This document shows positions 36,648 through 50,351 of a stretch of 51,365 nucleotides of DNA, one piece after another (position 1 is the first letter of the stretch; every line of letters begins with the position of its first letter). This DNA is from Lama guanicoe (taxonomy: Eukaryota). The notes beneath the pieces are model-generated. The model made no database searches and was not told the origin of the DNA. It saw nothing but the letters and a program-made list of their open reading frames with translations. Made by a program: the position numbers and the translations under genes. The DNA lies in assembly GCA_013239625.1 (NCBI GenBank), contig MU054323.1:11005186-11056550 (forward strand), given 5' to 3'.

Positions 36648-38737
36648 GGAAGGGAAATAAGGCCAAAATTAAGTCTAAAAAGAGGATTAAACTAGCTACT
36701 ACCCTCCCAAAAAACAGCCCATGAGACGTGAAGCTAGTACTAAATATTGAGATGCAAAAATAGTCCTACTAAGTATAATCCTTCCCAGAGTATCACTTTA
36801 GGCTTCGTAGTGGCTAAATGGCTATACAACAAACATTAGTTTCTCTGGTAATCCTGTGTAGTAATGTCTGGATAACTTAGAAGCTGAACCTTAGCTGTGG
36901 CTTGAAACTTGCTACTTGACTCCTGAATCAGAAAAACAGACAGTTAAATTATACTCCAGTCCATCCAGTTAGAGGCTTTTTTGACTCACATCAAACGAGA
37001 GATCTTGAATTTGCCTTGCCAAAAGCTGTTTCAGGGAGATTACCAATTCAAGATTGTTTAGCTGACTCACTGAGTTACATGACTAGTCTTATTTTCAATT
37101 GATGACTAAACAGTAAATATTATAGAAACATAATGAACTTGGAAAGTGTTTAACAACAATAAATGCATGATTTGGGGGGCAAGAACAAAGATACAAAAGT
37201 TACTGTCAAATGAAGACCTGGTTCCACAACCAGAACATCATTTGAAACAGCAAAGTAAACTGGTCAGGTATTGCAAGGGAACAAGAGGAAAGCACAGCTT
37301 TCTTGTGTCACTGAAACCTTGGTTTGGTGAATACTTTGAAAAAAAAATTGGAAAATTGGTTTGTGGGTCAAATTGTATTTCCTTTGTAGATTTTTGATGG
37401 AACTTAGTCACAAATTGATATGAAATAGTTGATGAGACTACAGTAGCATTAAATGTTAATTATAATAATCAACCCAGCACTGTTAAAAGCTCCTTTGGGT
37501 TTTGTTCCTTCTGTTTTGGAAAGGGAAGAGACTGAAAACCCAACATACAAACTGCATGTGCATGTTTCCATTTTAGCCTAACCATTGCAAAACGCAACCT
37601 CCCCTGAAAGGGCAGATTCCTTTAACCGTTTCTGCAGTAGGCTCCTGCATATTCAGTTCCCTGCAGGAGAGAGTCTGTACCTTTTATTACCCTCTACTTC
37701 CTAGTGCAGTGGAAAAGCCCCTCTTAACCCGTCCAGTGATAGAGTTGGTGGAATGTGTGTTCTGTGGGCTGTGGAAGTGCCCTGAGGAAACAATTCTTTT
37801 ATAAAGGAAAAGTATTCTGTGAACTGGGTGTTTTCCCACCAGAGGGTTCTTAGAGATGCAGACCAATGTCTGCATCCTCCTCCCTGGTATTTTTAGGGTT
37901 GGGAAGTGTGATTCCCCCTTCTGTGAATTCTACTTGCCAAGGCTGAATCTGAACTGGATTATTAATTACAGGGAAGGCAAGTGCCTATTTTAAGACCCAG
38001 AATTATGATACTAAGAATTTGGATGCTTCAAAATGTTTCTAAGTTTCCTCCTACTTGTAATTTCTGTTACCTGGTTGCTTGGCTTTGTAGTGATTAACAG
38101 GAGCTGAAGCTAGTTAATAGTGTTTGTTTCATATCCTTTCTGAACCTTGCTTTAATAGGAGGGGGAAGTTCGGGTGGGAAATGTTGAAAAAGGTAATCTA
38201 GTTTTACTAGACGTACCTTCATTTAGCATTTATTGTGTGCCAGGCACTATTCTCAGAATGTATTATCTCCATTTAACTTTCACAACTCAGAGATGTGTTA
38301 TCTCCATTTTAAGTTTCACAACTGCTATCACTGTTTTATAGATGAAGAAGCTGAGGTGAGGATACCTTACCCAAAGTTTACACAGCTTTTAAGTGTCAGA
38401 GCTGAGATTTGAACCTTGTAGCCTAACTCCAGAGTTGAAGTATTTGGGCTACATTGTTTAAATCATAAGGGTGGGGAGAGAAGGAGGGAACAGGTGGGTA
38501 TACTGTCTATTTTTATAATCTTTGTGTTGTTGATCTTCAGCATGCTGAACTTACTACAGAAAGTTAAGGACTTTAGCTAGAAAATCCATGAAGATAAAGG
38601 GAATGGCATTAAATTGATTTTGTCAAATACTCCTGTTGATCCTTAAACCTGAATGTCAACCAAGTTTACTTTTTTCTGAGAAAAACTGTCTGCTTTCTAA
38701 ATGAAAAACTCTTTTGCTGTCTGAATAAGTTTTTAAG

Positions 38738-39066
38738 AAGGGGTCAGCACACTTTATGTCAAGGGCCAGATAGTGAATATTGTGAACATTGCTGGCCATG
38801 AGGTTTCAGTGGCAGTTTCTCAAACTCTGCCCATTGTAGTATGAGAGCAGCCAAGTATAAACAAATAAATGTGGCTGTGTCCCAATAAAATTTTATTTAG
38901 GGACATTGAAATTTGAATCTCATATAATTTTCACATGTCGCAAAATACTCTTTCAACCTTTTTTTCCCAATCATTAAAAAGTATAAGAACCATTCATAGC
39001 TTGTGGGCCATACAGAAACTAGTGGTAAGCTGAATTTTGCCCATGGACTTAGTTTGCTGACTCCTA
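38738..39066. mobile_element. MER58B-like hAT-Charlie element
   Basis: Termini aggggtcagca / tttgctgactcct; aagggccagatagtgaatatt. Confidence 0.75.
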
Positions 39067-39204
39067 CTTTTATAGAAAATGTTCAGCAATAAGCCTGACT
39101 AATGAACAAGATACCATATTTAATTTGTTAGTATGTATATGTCTGTTTGTAGTATGTATTTGTGTGTATTTCAGTACCAGCAAAATCAAGTGGAATCTGA
39201 GATT

Positions 39205-40997
39205 AACACAATACCATTTACATTAGCATCCAAAAAAATGAAATACTTAAGTATAAACCTAACAATGTGTACAAGATCCATATGAGAAAAAATATAAAAC
39301 TCTGATGAATGAAATCAAGAACTAAGTAAATAGAGATTCCATGTTCAGAGAGAGGGAAGACTCAATGTTGTCAAGATGTCAGTTATTCTCAGCTTGTTCT
39401 GTAGATACAGTACATTCCCAATCAAAATCTGAACAAGTTGCATTGTGAATATTAACAAACTGATTCTGAAGTTTCTGTAGAGACGCAAAAGACCCAGCCA
39501 GAATAGCCAACACTATTTGAAGGAGAATAAAATCAGAAGACTGACACTACCCAACTTCAAGACTTAGTATATAGCTACAGTAATAAAGACAGTATGATGT
39601 TGGCAAAAACAAAAAAACACAAAAAACAAAAAAAAAACCAGACAAATAGATCAGTGAAACAGAATAGAAAGCCCAGAAATAGGCCCACATAAATATGGCC
39701 AACTGATCTTTGACAGAGGACCAAAGACAATATAGTAGAGCAGAGATAATCTTTTCAATAAATGGTACTGGAACAACTGGACATCCACATGCAGAAAAAT
39801 GAACCTAGTCACAGACCTTAAACTCCCACTCTCAAAAATTAACTCAAAAGATCACAGACCTAAATGTAAAATGCAAAAATTATAGAACCCTTAGGAGACA
39901 ATATAGGAGAAAACTCAGATGACCTTGAATATGGCAGTGACTTTTTTAGATACAACACCAAAGACATGACCCATAAAATAACTGATAATCTAGTCTTCAT
40001 TAAAATTAAAAACATCTGAGCTGCAAAAGGCAATGTCAAGAGAATGAAAAGACAAGGCACAGACTAGGAGAAAAGATTTGCAAAAGACATATCTGATAAA
40101 GGACTGTTATCCAAAATATACAAAGGACTCGTGAAAAACTCAACAATAAGAAAACGACCCAATTAAAAACTGGGCCAAAGACCTTAACAGACTCTTCACC
40201 AAAGAAGATAAACAGATGGCAAATAGCATATAAAAAGATGCTCCATATCATATGTCATCAGGCCAATACAAATTAAAACAATGAGATGCCGCTATATACC
40301 TACTAGAATGGCCAGAATCCAGAACACACAACACCAAATGCTGGTAAGGATATAGAGCAATAGGAACTCTCATGATGTCCACACACAAACCTGCATGGGA
40401 CTGTTTATTGCAGATTTATTCATAGTTGCTGAAACTTTGAAGCAACTACACTTTCTTCAGTTGGTGAATGGATAAATAAATGGGTACATCCAGACAGTTG
40501 AATATTACTGAACACTAAAAAGAAATGAGCTATCAAGCCATGAAAAGGTATGGAGGAGCCTTAAATGCATATTAGTAAGAGAAAGAAGCCAATATGAAAA
40601 GGCTACATATGGTATGATTCCAACTATATGACATTCTGGAAAAGGCAAAACTATGGAATCAGTAAAAAGATCAGGGACTGGTAGGGGGTGCAGATGAAAA
40701 GGTAGAGCACAGAATTTTTAAAGCAGTGAAAATACTGTGATAACATAATGATGACTATATGTCATTATACGTTTGTCCAAACCCATAGAATGTACAGCAC
40801 TAAGCATGAATCCTAATAAACTATGGACTTCGGGTGGTGATGATGTGTCATTATAGGTTAATCGGTTGTAACAGATGTACCACCCTGGTGACAGATGTTG
40901 ATAATGAGGGAGGTTATGTATGCATGTGTGGAAAATCTCTACCTTATTTTGCTATGAACCTAAAATTGCTCTAAAAAATTAAATCTCAAAAAAAAAG
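39205..40997 (+). mobile_element. L1MC1-like LINE-1 3' part in YPEL5 intron 1
   Basis: Decayed ORF2 C-terminal region, L1MC-type 3'UTR (actatggacttcgggtggtgatgatgtgtca...aacctaaaattgctctaaaaaatt) and A tail. Confidence 0.88.
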
Positions 40998-43900
40998 CCT
41001 TTTTTTAGAAAATTGTTTTATTGCCCTGGACTCAAACTAAGAAATTATATAGTCCATAATATCTTAATTTTAAAAATAGTACATTTCTGAAGATTGTCTT
41101 CCATGGATTTCTGAAAGAGAAAAACCTTTTTTTCTCTTACAGATTCTGTAAATCCTATAAATTTAAAAAAAAATCTGAAAAAAGGTAAAGGTCCTAAAAA
41201 TGGGTTGTTTCACCAGAGTCTCCTATTACAATAGAAATTGAAAATTCAAGGTAGTTAAATGTACTATTTATTGAAGAGGGAGGAAATTGAAAAATATTAC
41301 TAAAATATGATCAGCATATCATCTATGAATTTCACTTAGTTTTCAACCTGACCCTTCACTGTTTCCAGTAATTTCAAATGAACCAGTATTAGGCTCCCAG
41401 TTAAACAGTCAAGTTTGTTACTTATCTCAACCTTTTAAGGAGTTTAATAACCTAGAGATAAAAAAAAAAAACTAGTACCAAGGAGGCCTTATTTATAAAA
41501 TTATTTGGGGAATGGTACTTACAATAAAAATTGGGATTATTAATCTATGATTTTTTGCTTAAAGTGTTGAAAAGGAAGAAAGCATCTTAAAGCTTTAGTC
41601 ATCAGTGAAAGCAACTCACTCTTAAGATATTTTAGAAATATTTGACTGAAGATACTGGGGACTCTTCTAAGTCCAAGAAAATTGGTTAGCATATCTGGGG
41701 GATAATTTGGACATAAAAATAATCAGAAAGTAGATCATTGGTTGCCTTTGGCTGGAGATGGACTGCAGAAGGGTTTGTGAAAATTTGGGGGAGGTGATGG
41801 AAATATTCTAAAGCTGGTCTGTGGTGATGGTAGCACAATTTTGTAAATTTACTCAAAATCATTCAGCTGTACACACTTAAAAGTGGCCAAATTTTATGGT
41901 ATGTAAATTACTCCTTTAAAAATTGTTTTTAAAAAATCAGCTATATTCTCTCCTATCAAGTAAAAAGCTTCTAAGTTTGTAGAGGAGTGGTCTGTATAAG
42001 CTCTTAGACAGGGGTGCCTGAAGTACATGCCTTTGACTTTACTTTTGTAGCACTATCTAAGTTAGCACAAATATAGTGACACCTGTGAATGTATGTTGCA
42101 TGTACTAATACACACTCCCTGACCACAAGAGATTTCTCTAGAAGTTAGGAGAATTAGAACTAAGATACTGACAGGGGAGGGGGAGAAAAGACCTAGAAAA
42201 GTGATTTAGGAGGGATAGTCAATTTTGCAATTTCTTAAAGAAGTTGCTAGGGTTTAGGAGAGAGTGATTGGAATTGCCACCCCAAATTAGGGAATATAGG
42301 AGGCTCAGCATGGAGGCAGGAGGGGTGCGTGCTAAATCTGAGGGAGAAAGACTGAGTCTGACAGTCTCCCCTCGTCTCTTGAGAGTAAGTGGAACAAGAA
42401 CTGGAGCAGGGTTTAGTTCAGATCCCAGTTTAACCAGTTTCTGAAATGTGAGGTCTTTATTTCTTCCTCTACAAAAGTGGGATAATACTTTAGAAATTGT
42501 CAAGATTAAATGTGATATGTAAAGTACCAAATGCGATGTCCCATTTGGTGTAGACACTAAATAATTATTAAAGTCTAAGGCAGAGTTCAGTATATTATCT
42601 AGGTCCAGCGAAGCCTGATTCAAGTGTTTTGTCTTAGCTTTTTAAACACCCCCCCCCCACCAAAAGTAATGACTTTCCTCCTTAAACAATGGAGTGGCAT
42701 GCTGATTGATGTCAGGCTCCTGAGTTTGCACGGTGGAAGTTGTACTAGGTTGTGTTCCCAGTTCAGCAAAGCTAAGGCCTAACAAACACCTAGAACCTAA
42801 TGACCTGTGGAAGTATTTCTATGTTTCAAAAGACCTTAGACAGCAAGTGGTGTTTTGCTTGCTTCTGCTAGATTCCATGGCATTCTAGCTAATCTGCTGG
42901 CAGATAAGGACTACAGTTATTTAAATATTTATATATATTATATATTACTCTATAAATGGCAACCACAACTAGGAATAGTAATTCAGTACTGTATTTTTGG
43001 TCTTGGTAATGAATCATGTCATTGAACCCAGTAAAAAATTAAAAATAGTCTGACTTAAGCAGGGAAGAGAAAGCATCTCAAATCTATTTAAATCTATTTA
43101 CAAATAAGGGTTTGCCTGTATCCAGTAGCAAATGGTCACAGCCATGTTGTAATTCTGAACCAAAGATAGAATGATGTAGGCAGAACGTATAGGGAGAGTT
43201 CATTATGAAGTTCAGTGCGTTTTTCCCCATAGCATTGTATCTGCAACAGTCAATTCAAAAATATCTAGTTATTCCTGCATTATGGTTGAAATAAATTACA
43301 AGGTGAATATTGTATTTAAAAGTTTGGAGGAAAATTGACTTTGAAGTAACAGTTCCCAGAAGTGCAAGTTGGAGGCTAAATGACCACACAGATGCTAGTT
43401 TTCAGAGAAACGTAGACTCTGAGGACGATGCCTTAAGAAGTGAGACTGTAACAGCCTTGCTGTTGATTCCTTTCTGTAAATGACTGATAATAAGAAATAG
43501 GACCAAAATGAACTACTCACAGGGTCGCTGAATGCTTTATTTATGTAGAGCCAAACTCAGATGTCTTACAGGTGAAATAGTTATGTGGCATAGAATGGAG
43601 ACCAAGTAAGTGAAGCAACCTTGCAGGGGGAGTTGCAGCTACCACTCAACTCTAGCCAGTTATTGCCATGTGACAGTACATGTCCCGTGTTGCCAGGTCT
43701 CCCCGTTGTTTTAAAGAAGCCCCAATACAGGTTCTTAATCTCTCATATTTTAAATGATTCTCAACTGTGTTTTAATTAAAAATAAAAAACTGTGGGCCAG
43801 ATTAAACATGTCCACCTATGTTTTGGGAGGGAAGGGTTGTTTTGTTTACTACTGCAACCCTATGCCACCAAGTGAATCCAGCCTGCAGGCCTCAGATTTG

Positions 43901-45552
43901 CAACTTATGACCTTTGTGTAACAAATCTTATGTTCTTAAGCATCTGGGAAAAGTAATGTTACCATCCTAAAGGCTGAAACAATAGCAGTAAGTCTTACCT
44001 TTTATTGTCATTTTGCAGAAATGTAATCAGAAAGCTAATTTCTTAAGTCTTGTGTTTTTACCCAGGGTTTATTCATTGACACTCTTGTTGGTGCACTGGT
44101 TTTCCTTTTACTAGCTACAGATTGTAATTATGTTCACTATTTGTTTTTCAGTCTTTATTAAACTTCCATATCATAATGTTTAATGAAAGTCATAATTATC
44201 TTTGTGATAATGACATTTCTGATGACATTAGAACTGCCTAATGCCTGAGGAAATTGACAGATGTCAGAAGGAATGGAATGTTCTTTTTAATTTGTAATGG
44301 AATTTCCCAAAGTTTAAGATGACAGTGGATTCTCATTACACATGGGTTCTAGATTATTTTTTCCTATAGTGGGTAGCTATCAGCTCTGCATGCCATTTTA
44401 AAAACACAGTATTAAATAAAGCATAGGAGCTGATCATTACACCAAGGAGTAAATGCTTTTTTAAATGAAAGCTATAGTGTATTCTTGACTGTATCTAGAA
44501 TTGTTTTTTAAAAAAAATACTGTCTTAGGGGATTAATTGCAATGAATTTAAGAAGTTGCATATATTGACTCTTCCTAACTTTTTAAGTATTGAAGTATTA
44601 TCCTTGTTTCAGAAGTTGGATTCAGAGCTTTTTTTTTTAATGTTTCAGGAACTTCTGTGATTTGTTGAATCAGTAGGATTTCTTAAATGTAGTAAGTTAC
44701 ATAATAACAGCTCATCTTTCCCTTCTCTGTTCTTGTTTTCCTCTCTTTATGCCAAGCCTAGACCATCTTGTGTGCCCTCTTAGAGGAGGCAGTGTAGAGT
44801 AATGGGAAAATTTTGGCTTTGACTTGGGTGAGCTGTATTCCAGTCACAATTTTCTGTACTTGAAAGCTGTGTAAACTTTGACAAGTTAGTAATCTTGGAT
44901 AATCTGTGAAATGAGGGCGATAACATCACAAAGTTGTTGTGATGGTTTTGGAGAAAGTAAAGCACAGTACTCCACAGAGTCAAACTCACTGTTAGTGCCA
45001 TCACCCCTACATGGTTGTCAATGCACCTGATGACCAGAGAACCAGGCACTCTGTGCTCTCAGACTAGGCTACCCTCTTGTTTTCTGATTGCCCCTTTTTC
45101 TACTCTTACCTGATCGTCCCACTCTTGCCCCACAAGTCTTTTCTCAGAGTACACATACTCAGAATGTATACCTAACTAACCCTTGTGCTAACTTTTTCTC
45201 ACCTCTCTGCCTGTGCTACTTATCATTCAGCTTGATATTCCTCTGTCTACCTGTTTTTTTCATACCAATCAAAAGAGAAGTGATACCATTCCTTGGCCTT
45301 GCCTAAGCATATTTACTTCCTTGACTCACTGCTTCTAAAATGTTCTTAGCTTGGGTATGCTTGTTTGTTCAGTGTGTGAACTTTGAATCCTTTTATTCAG
45401 TCAGGTATGTTTTATGTTAAGTATAAAGAGATCACATATAAATGGTTCTCTGTGACACTACCAAGTAGACACTAACAAATTTTTTTTAATCATAATGCAT
45501 TTCTTGTCCTTTTCCATTTGCTCCTAGGTTTTTAGAACTTCAGCTATAAAAA

Positions 45553-45693
45553 ATGGGTAGGATTTTCCTCGATCATATCGGTGGTACCCGCCTGTTTTCC
45601 TGCGCAAACTGTGATACGATCCTGACCAACCGCTCAGAGCTCATCTCCACTCGGTTCACAGGCGCCACTGGCAGAGCATTTCTTTTTAACAAG
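45553..45693 (+). CDS. YPEL5: YPEL5 (yippee-like 5) coding exon A, codons 1-47
   Basis: Translates [47 protein letters not shown], the YPEL5 N-terminus with the first CxxC. Acceptor ...ctcctag at 45526-27 (exon starts 45528). Kozak aaaATGG. Phase-0 donor AAG|gttggt at 45694. Confidence 0.98.
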
Positions 45694-46416
45694 GTTGGTA
45701 GGAAAAACCAGTTTGATTTCCTAAGTGGGTCAGTGGGTATATTTGATAATAGTATTCTCAGAGCATGGAAATGTCAGGAAAAGTCAGAATGAGAGATGCC
45801 ATTTATAGAAATGATTGCCCACCAGCTTGTCTTTGATGGGACCTTAGGATTACTAGAATGTGATTTTTAACCTTGAGAGTTTAAATGTTGTGTTATAATA
45901 AGAAGGGTGGTCTCCATTGTTCCAGAAAACATTCAGAATTTGGTAGTGACTTCACAGACTATTGAAGGGGCTGAGACACACCCCCCCATATTGCCAATTT
46001 ATCCTTATAGGGAGATAGCTGCATTAAGCTATCATAGCTTGACAATGCAAGTGAATAAAGATCATCTAACCAATTTCCCTTGTTCTAATTTATGCTTACC
46101 AGTCATCCTTCTGATTATGATTTGGCTAATAGGTTTGCCAACAGGAAGAACATTTCCTCACTTACGGATAAATGCATTCTGTAATTTCTGTCTTGCTTTG
46201 AAATTAGTTGATGTAATTCTACCTCCTGGAGTCTAATGTGTACCAGCAAAGTTGAATTTCCAAATATCTTAGGCTAAGGAACAAAACTAATTCAAGGTAC
46301 TATTCTTAGAAGTTCAACCAAACCTCCCGGTGGACACCCCTCTGTTCTTGTTAGAAGTGAGTATTTTCTCTTAGAATTGATATTGTATAGCTCTTGGTCT
46401 GTCTTTAGTTATAGAG

Positions 46417-46615
46417 CAGGGGTTGGCGCACCATGGCAGGCCGGCTGCCTGTTTTTGGAAATAAAGTTTAATGAAGCACAGCCATGTGTCTTCATTTATG
46501 TATTGTCTGTGGTGGCTTTCGTGCTACATCAGCAGAGCTAAATAGCTATAATAAAGACCATATAGCCCTCAAAGCCAAAAATGTTTACTACCTGGCTCTT
46601 TACAGAAAAGTAAAG
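46417..46615. mobile_element. MER58A-like element in the last YPEL5 intron
   Basis: caggggttggc...ctgcctgtttttggaaataaagttt...tttactacctggctctttacagaaaa. Confidence 0.75.
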
Positions 46616-47162
46616 TGTGGAGGATTGTTGCTGTTCAGAATTGTCGGAAATGTTTCACAGATTCTTTGAACCCACTTGAAAACTATGTATTGCAATCTAT
46701 TTTTGTCTGTTTGTAGGTGAAATGTATTTTCAGAAACAAATTTGGCAAACTTCTTTTTATGGAATACCTGTTGTGTACTAGGTTCTTTTACACTGGTAGC
46801 CTTATTTGTACTCATCATTGAATGCTGAATGATAACAGTTGGACCCAGACTTAGATTTTGTGACTCCAAGTTAAGGACGCTTCACTACAGCACAGAAATG
46901 TAACTAGTATCTATAAATAGTGTGACTTAGACTAGTATGATAATGAATGATTGCATTAGATGTCCAGTCCAGTCCAGTCCAGATATTTACCTGTCCCAGC
47001 AGTTTGTAAAAATAGCCCTTGGGAAGTATATTGTAGGTTTGACTAAAATAACAACTGCTATTTGCCTTTCTGAAGTTGCTATTATGTCACCAGCCAAAAT
47101 ACTGTGTACCATTTTTAGCAGATAACTTACATGCCTTTGCAATTTTGTTTTACATGTCTTAG

Positions 47163-47387
47163 GTAGTTAACCTGCAGTACAGTGAAGTTCAAGACCGGGT
47201 TATGCTCACTGGCCGCCACATGGTTCGAGATGTGAGCTGCAAAAACTGCAATAGCAAACTGGGATGGATCTATGAGTTTGCCACTGAAGACAGCCAGCGT
47301 TATAAGGAAGGCCGTGTGATCCTGGAACGTGCTCTAGTTCGAGAAAGTGAGGGTTTTGAGGAGCATGTACCATCTGATAACTCTTGA
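47163..47387 (+). CDS. YPEL5: YPEL5 coding exon B, codons 48-121 plus stop
   Basis: Polypyrimidine tract and ag at 47161-62. Translates [74 protein letters not shown]. 47+74 = 121 aa, with the second CxxC of the Yippee zinc site. Confidence 0.98.
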
Positions 47388-49067
47388 AGAAAAAGAGATA
47401 AATTCATCTTTTCCCAGGTCTCCTTCACTGAAAACAAAAATCTACTTACATACACTGTCACCTTAGCATCAGAGTCGGATTCATGAACTGCAGAACAAGA
47501 GGTTGTGAGAATCTATGATGGAACTTTTCTTTCCTTCTATTTTTTTTTAATTTTCTATTTTCCATCCAACAGCAGTGTGTAGAAAGAATATTATGCAGAT
47601 GCCATTAATTTTTTCCCCCTATGTTTACATCTTGAGAGAGAATAGTCTACCTGCAGCTACGTGGTAGGCTATGTGAGGGAAAAAATCTGGGCTATTACAG
47701 TGAAAGTGTCTTATGTAAATTTTGAAAGGAAAATGTGTCAAGAGCATGGTTTTTAAATTTATTTGGGCTTCGTTTTAAACTTTTTTTAAAACCCAGTTAT
47801 TTCACTTGATTTGCTAGTTTCAGAGAAGAGATCCGAATTTGTGACCAGCGCTAAAGGTTCAGTGTTAGTATGGCTTGTGCTGGCCATTGTGCCATATTCT
47901 TGTTGGAGATGAACCGTAGCACCAGAGCCCATTCTTCCTTGTCAGTCTTGACCCAAAGATGTCACCATTCCTAGTTATTTGTCACCACATAATTGGTGTT
48001 GATTGGAAGCTTTTCCTGATATGGGACAGAACTGCTTGGTTGTCTTTTCCATGTAACTTAAGCATAGTAATATAAATAAAGTAATAGTTGGATGTTTTTG
48101 GTCCTGTGTTGCTTTTAAAATCACCTTTTAAAAGAGCAGAGTATTTGATATGTAATTTTCATAGTGTTTCTTTTCATCTCTTAAGCTAAATTGACTGTGT
48201 ATAAGATAATGCTTTGTTTAAATTAAAGCATACTGTTTAAACCCACAGTATTGCATTTAGAAAACAGTTTGAACAGAATGTCAGTGTGCATTCATGCAGA
48301 AGCGTCTCATCTGCATCTGTTTTAAAAGGAGGGAAATGAAGCAGCTTATCTGAAAATTATGCTTTGCAAAGTGTTGCAGCTTGCCCTCCTCAGTTTTGCA
48401 TTGATTTTGACAAGCCTATAGGGCCTGATCGTTACCATTTAAAGGACTAGAAATCTCTTGGCATTATTTTCTTAGAGCATCCCTCAGAAGTTCAGCTGTT
48501 GAAATCAAAACTTAACTTGGTCCCTTCAAGTGGAAAGGGAGCAGATTTGACTCAGGGGGTTACTTTAGCCCAAAATTTACAACAGTATGAAGTATTAAAA
48601 TGTAAATGTCTCTTTATCCAAACTATTTCTAGATAATCTAGTATTTGTTTCTGGTGAAATAAATGGCATTAAAGTTGGCTAAATACTTACATGAATGAAT
48701 AGATGTTTGCCCAATTTCTAGGTCTTTGTCTAGAGATGAAATTTGCCTCAAATTAGCAAAATCTTTCTGTCATTGATATTAGAAGTGACTTCCGAGTACA
48801 GTTAGGATTAATTTTCTCTTAATTGCTTTTGGGCTCTTGGTTAGAGGCATAGGTCATTTGGTAGGTGTATAATATTGTATTTGAGATACGTGGACACAAA
48901 TTCTTCTCTTTCCTTCACCATAGACTTAATCTACAAGCATTAAGAAACAACATTCATTCCCATTCATTTCCATACCAGCCTTTGATTATATGCAGATTCC
49001 TAGTAGCATGCCTTACTTACAGCACTATGTGCATTTGCTGTCACAATAAAGTATATTTTGTCTTGCA
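47388..49067 (+). other. YPEL5: YPEL5 3'UTR
   Basis: Repeat-free AT-rich sequence after the stop codon, up to AATAAA at 49045-49050. Confidence 0.8.
49045..49050 (+). terminator. Main polyadenylation signal AATAAA
   Basis: tcacAATAAAgtatattttgtcttgca followed by U/GU-rich sequence. Confidence 0.75.
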
Positions 49068-50351
49068 TTGGTGCAAAACTGCTACTTATTTTCCATTGAT
49101 CCTTGTCTAGTAATCATCTTTGCTTTTGCCTAGGAGCATGTACATACTACCTTTGAGAAGCTATAGCTCTTTTTCAATTGGCAGTGTTAAGGTGGCATTC
49201 TGATTTAGTTACCTCTACCTAACTTATGCCTGGAGATTGAGTTTACCAATATTAACTTTTCTGAGATGATTTTTGCTTCAGACACTGACAACTATAGTTT
49301 AGTATATATGAACAAATAAAATGTCATATCATTAGGTTAACTTTTAGGTGGCTGTGGCAAGTACCATAGCAGTGAGTTCCTCTATGCCTTCCTCCTGAAA
49401 ACTTATATTTGCAAAAAAACAAAAACAATAGCAATATGGAGGATTGAGTCAGATTGGATTAGTTACAGAAAAGCAAATACACGCTGTTCGCTTGAGATGG
49501 GAAACCACTAATGGGAATGATTTTGTTTTGGGATGGGAAGGTTAACCAAATACAGGTGAATGTATTGTATAGTGACTAGGTTATTGAGGTATGTAGTTAT
49601 TCCCTTTGAAATTTTAGAATCCTTCCTTGTAAGTTTTAGGTGACAGTGACCATAAGTAGTTTTGATCTTAAACAACATAAGTGCTTTTACTTAAAGAGAC
49701 TGTCCTAAAATGAATATTCTGGGTTAAAAACTTGTTAGTAATTACGTAATGACTTAAGTTACAGTTGTGAGTGACTGGAAGAGAAAGATAGTACCATAAC
49801 TAAATTGACATATTCATAGAAGTCATTTGGGATGTTTAAATGCAGAGCCTGGGCCCAAGGTAATTTTTGATCAAGCAGGATTTGGAAACTACCAATTATA
49901 AAATATTCAGAGACATATTTATGGGGTTCATTTTCACAAGTTAAAAATACCTCACAGTTTAAGCAGATCCACTAATTGCATGTCTTTTTTTAACACTGGC
50001 TTCCCACTAGGAGCTATGTAAAACCAAAGCTCTCTAATCTAGGGAAGGTGTGAATTGGGAATAGAGCAAGATTAAACTGAAAAACTCCTGTTAGGTAGCA
50101 CTTTGAAATGATACGAAGATAAGCTATTATAGAAGTAAAGCAGACCTAAGAGGAGAAATTAGCATGGATACTCATCCTAAATAGTATGTCAGTTGTATGG
50201 CTTTTTTATTTTAAAATATTGGTATTTTCCAAATTGGAACTTTTATATTAAGACATAAAATACACATTTCAAAGCACCATTAAGGGTTTGGTGATACTGG
50301 GCATCACTGTATATATTGAGTTTTTTTTTTTAATCATCTGCAATTTATGTT

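Noticed and set aside
38258..38325. ~35-bp tandem duplication
   Set aside because: Local slippage inside an intronic MIR with no sign of function.
45694..45792. Extension of ORF 45553-45792 (VGRKNQF...)
   Set aside because: Read-through into the intron past the donor at 45694; YPEL5 similarity ends at FNK.
47202..47387. Stand-alone 61-aa gene
   Set aside because: It starts at an internal Met of the last YPEL5 exon, which begins at 47163.
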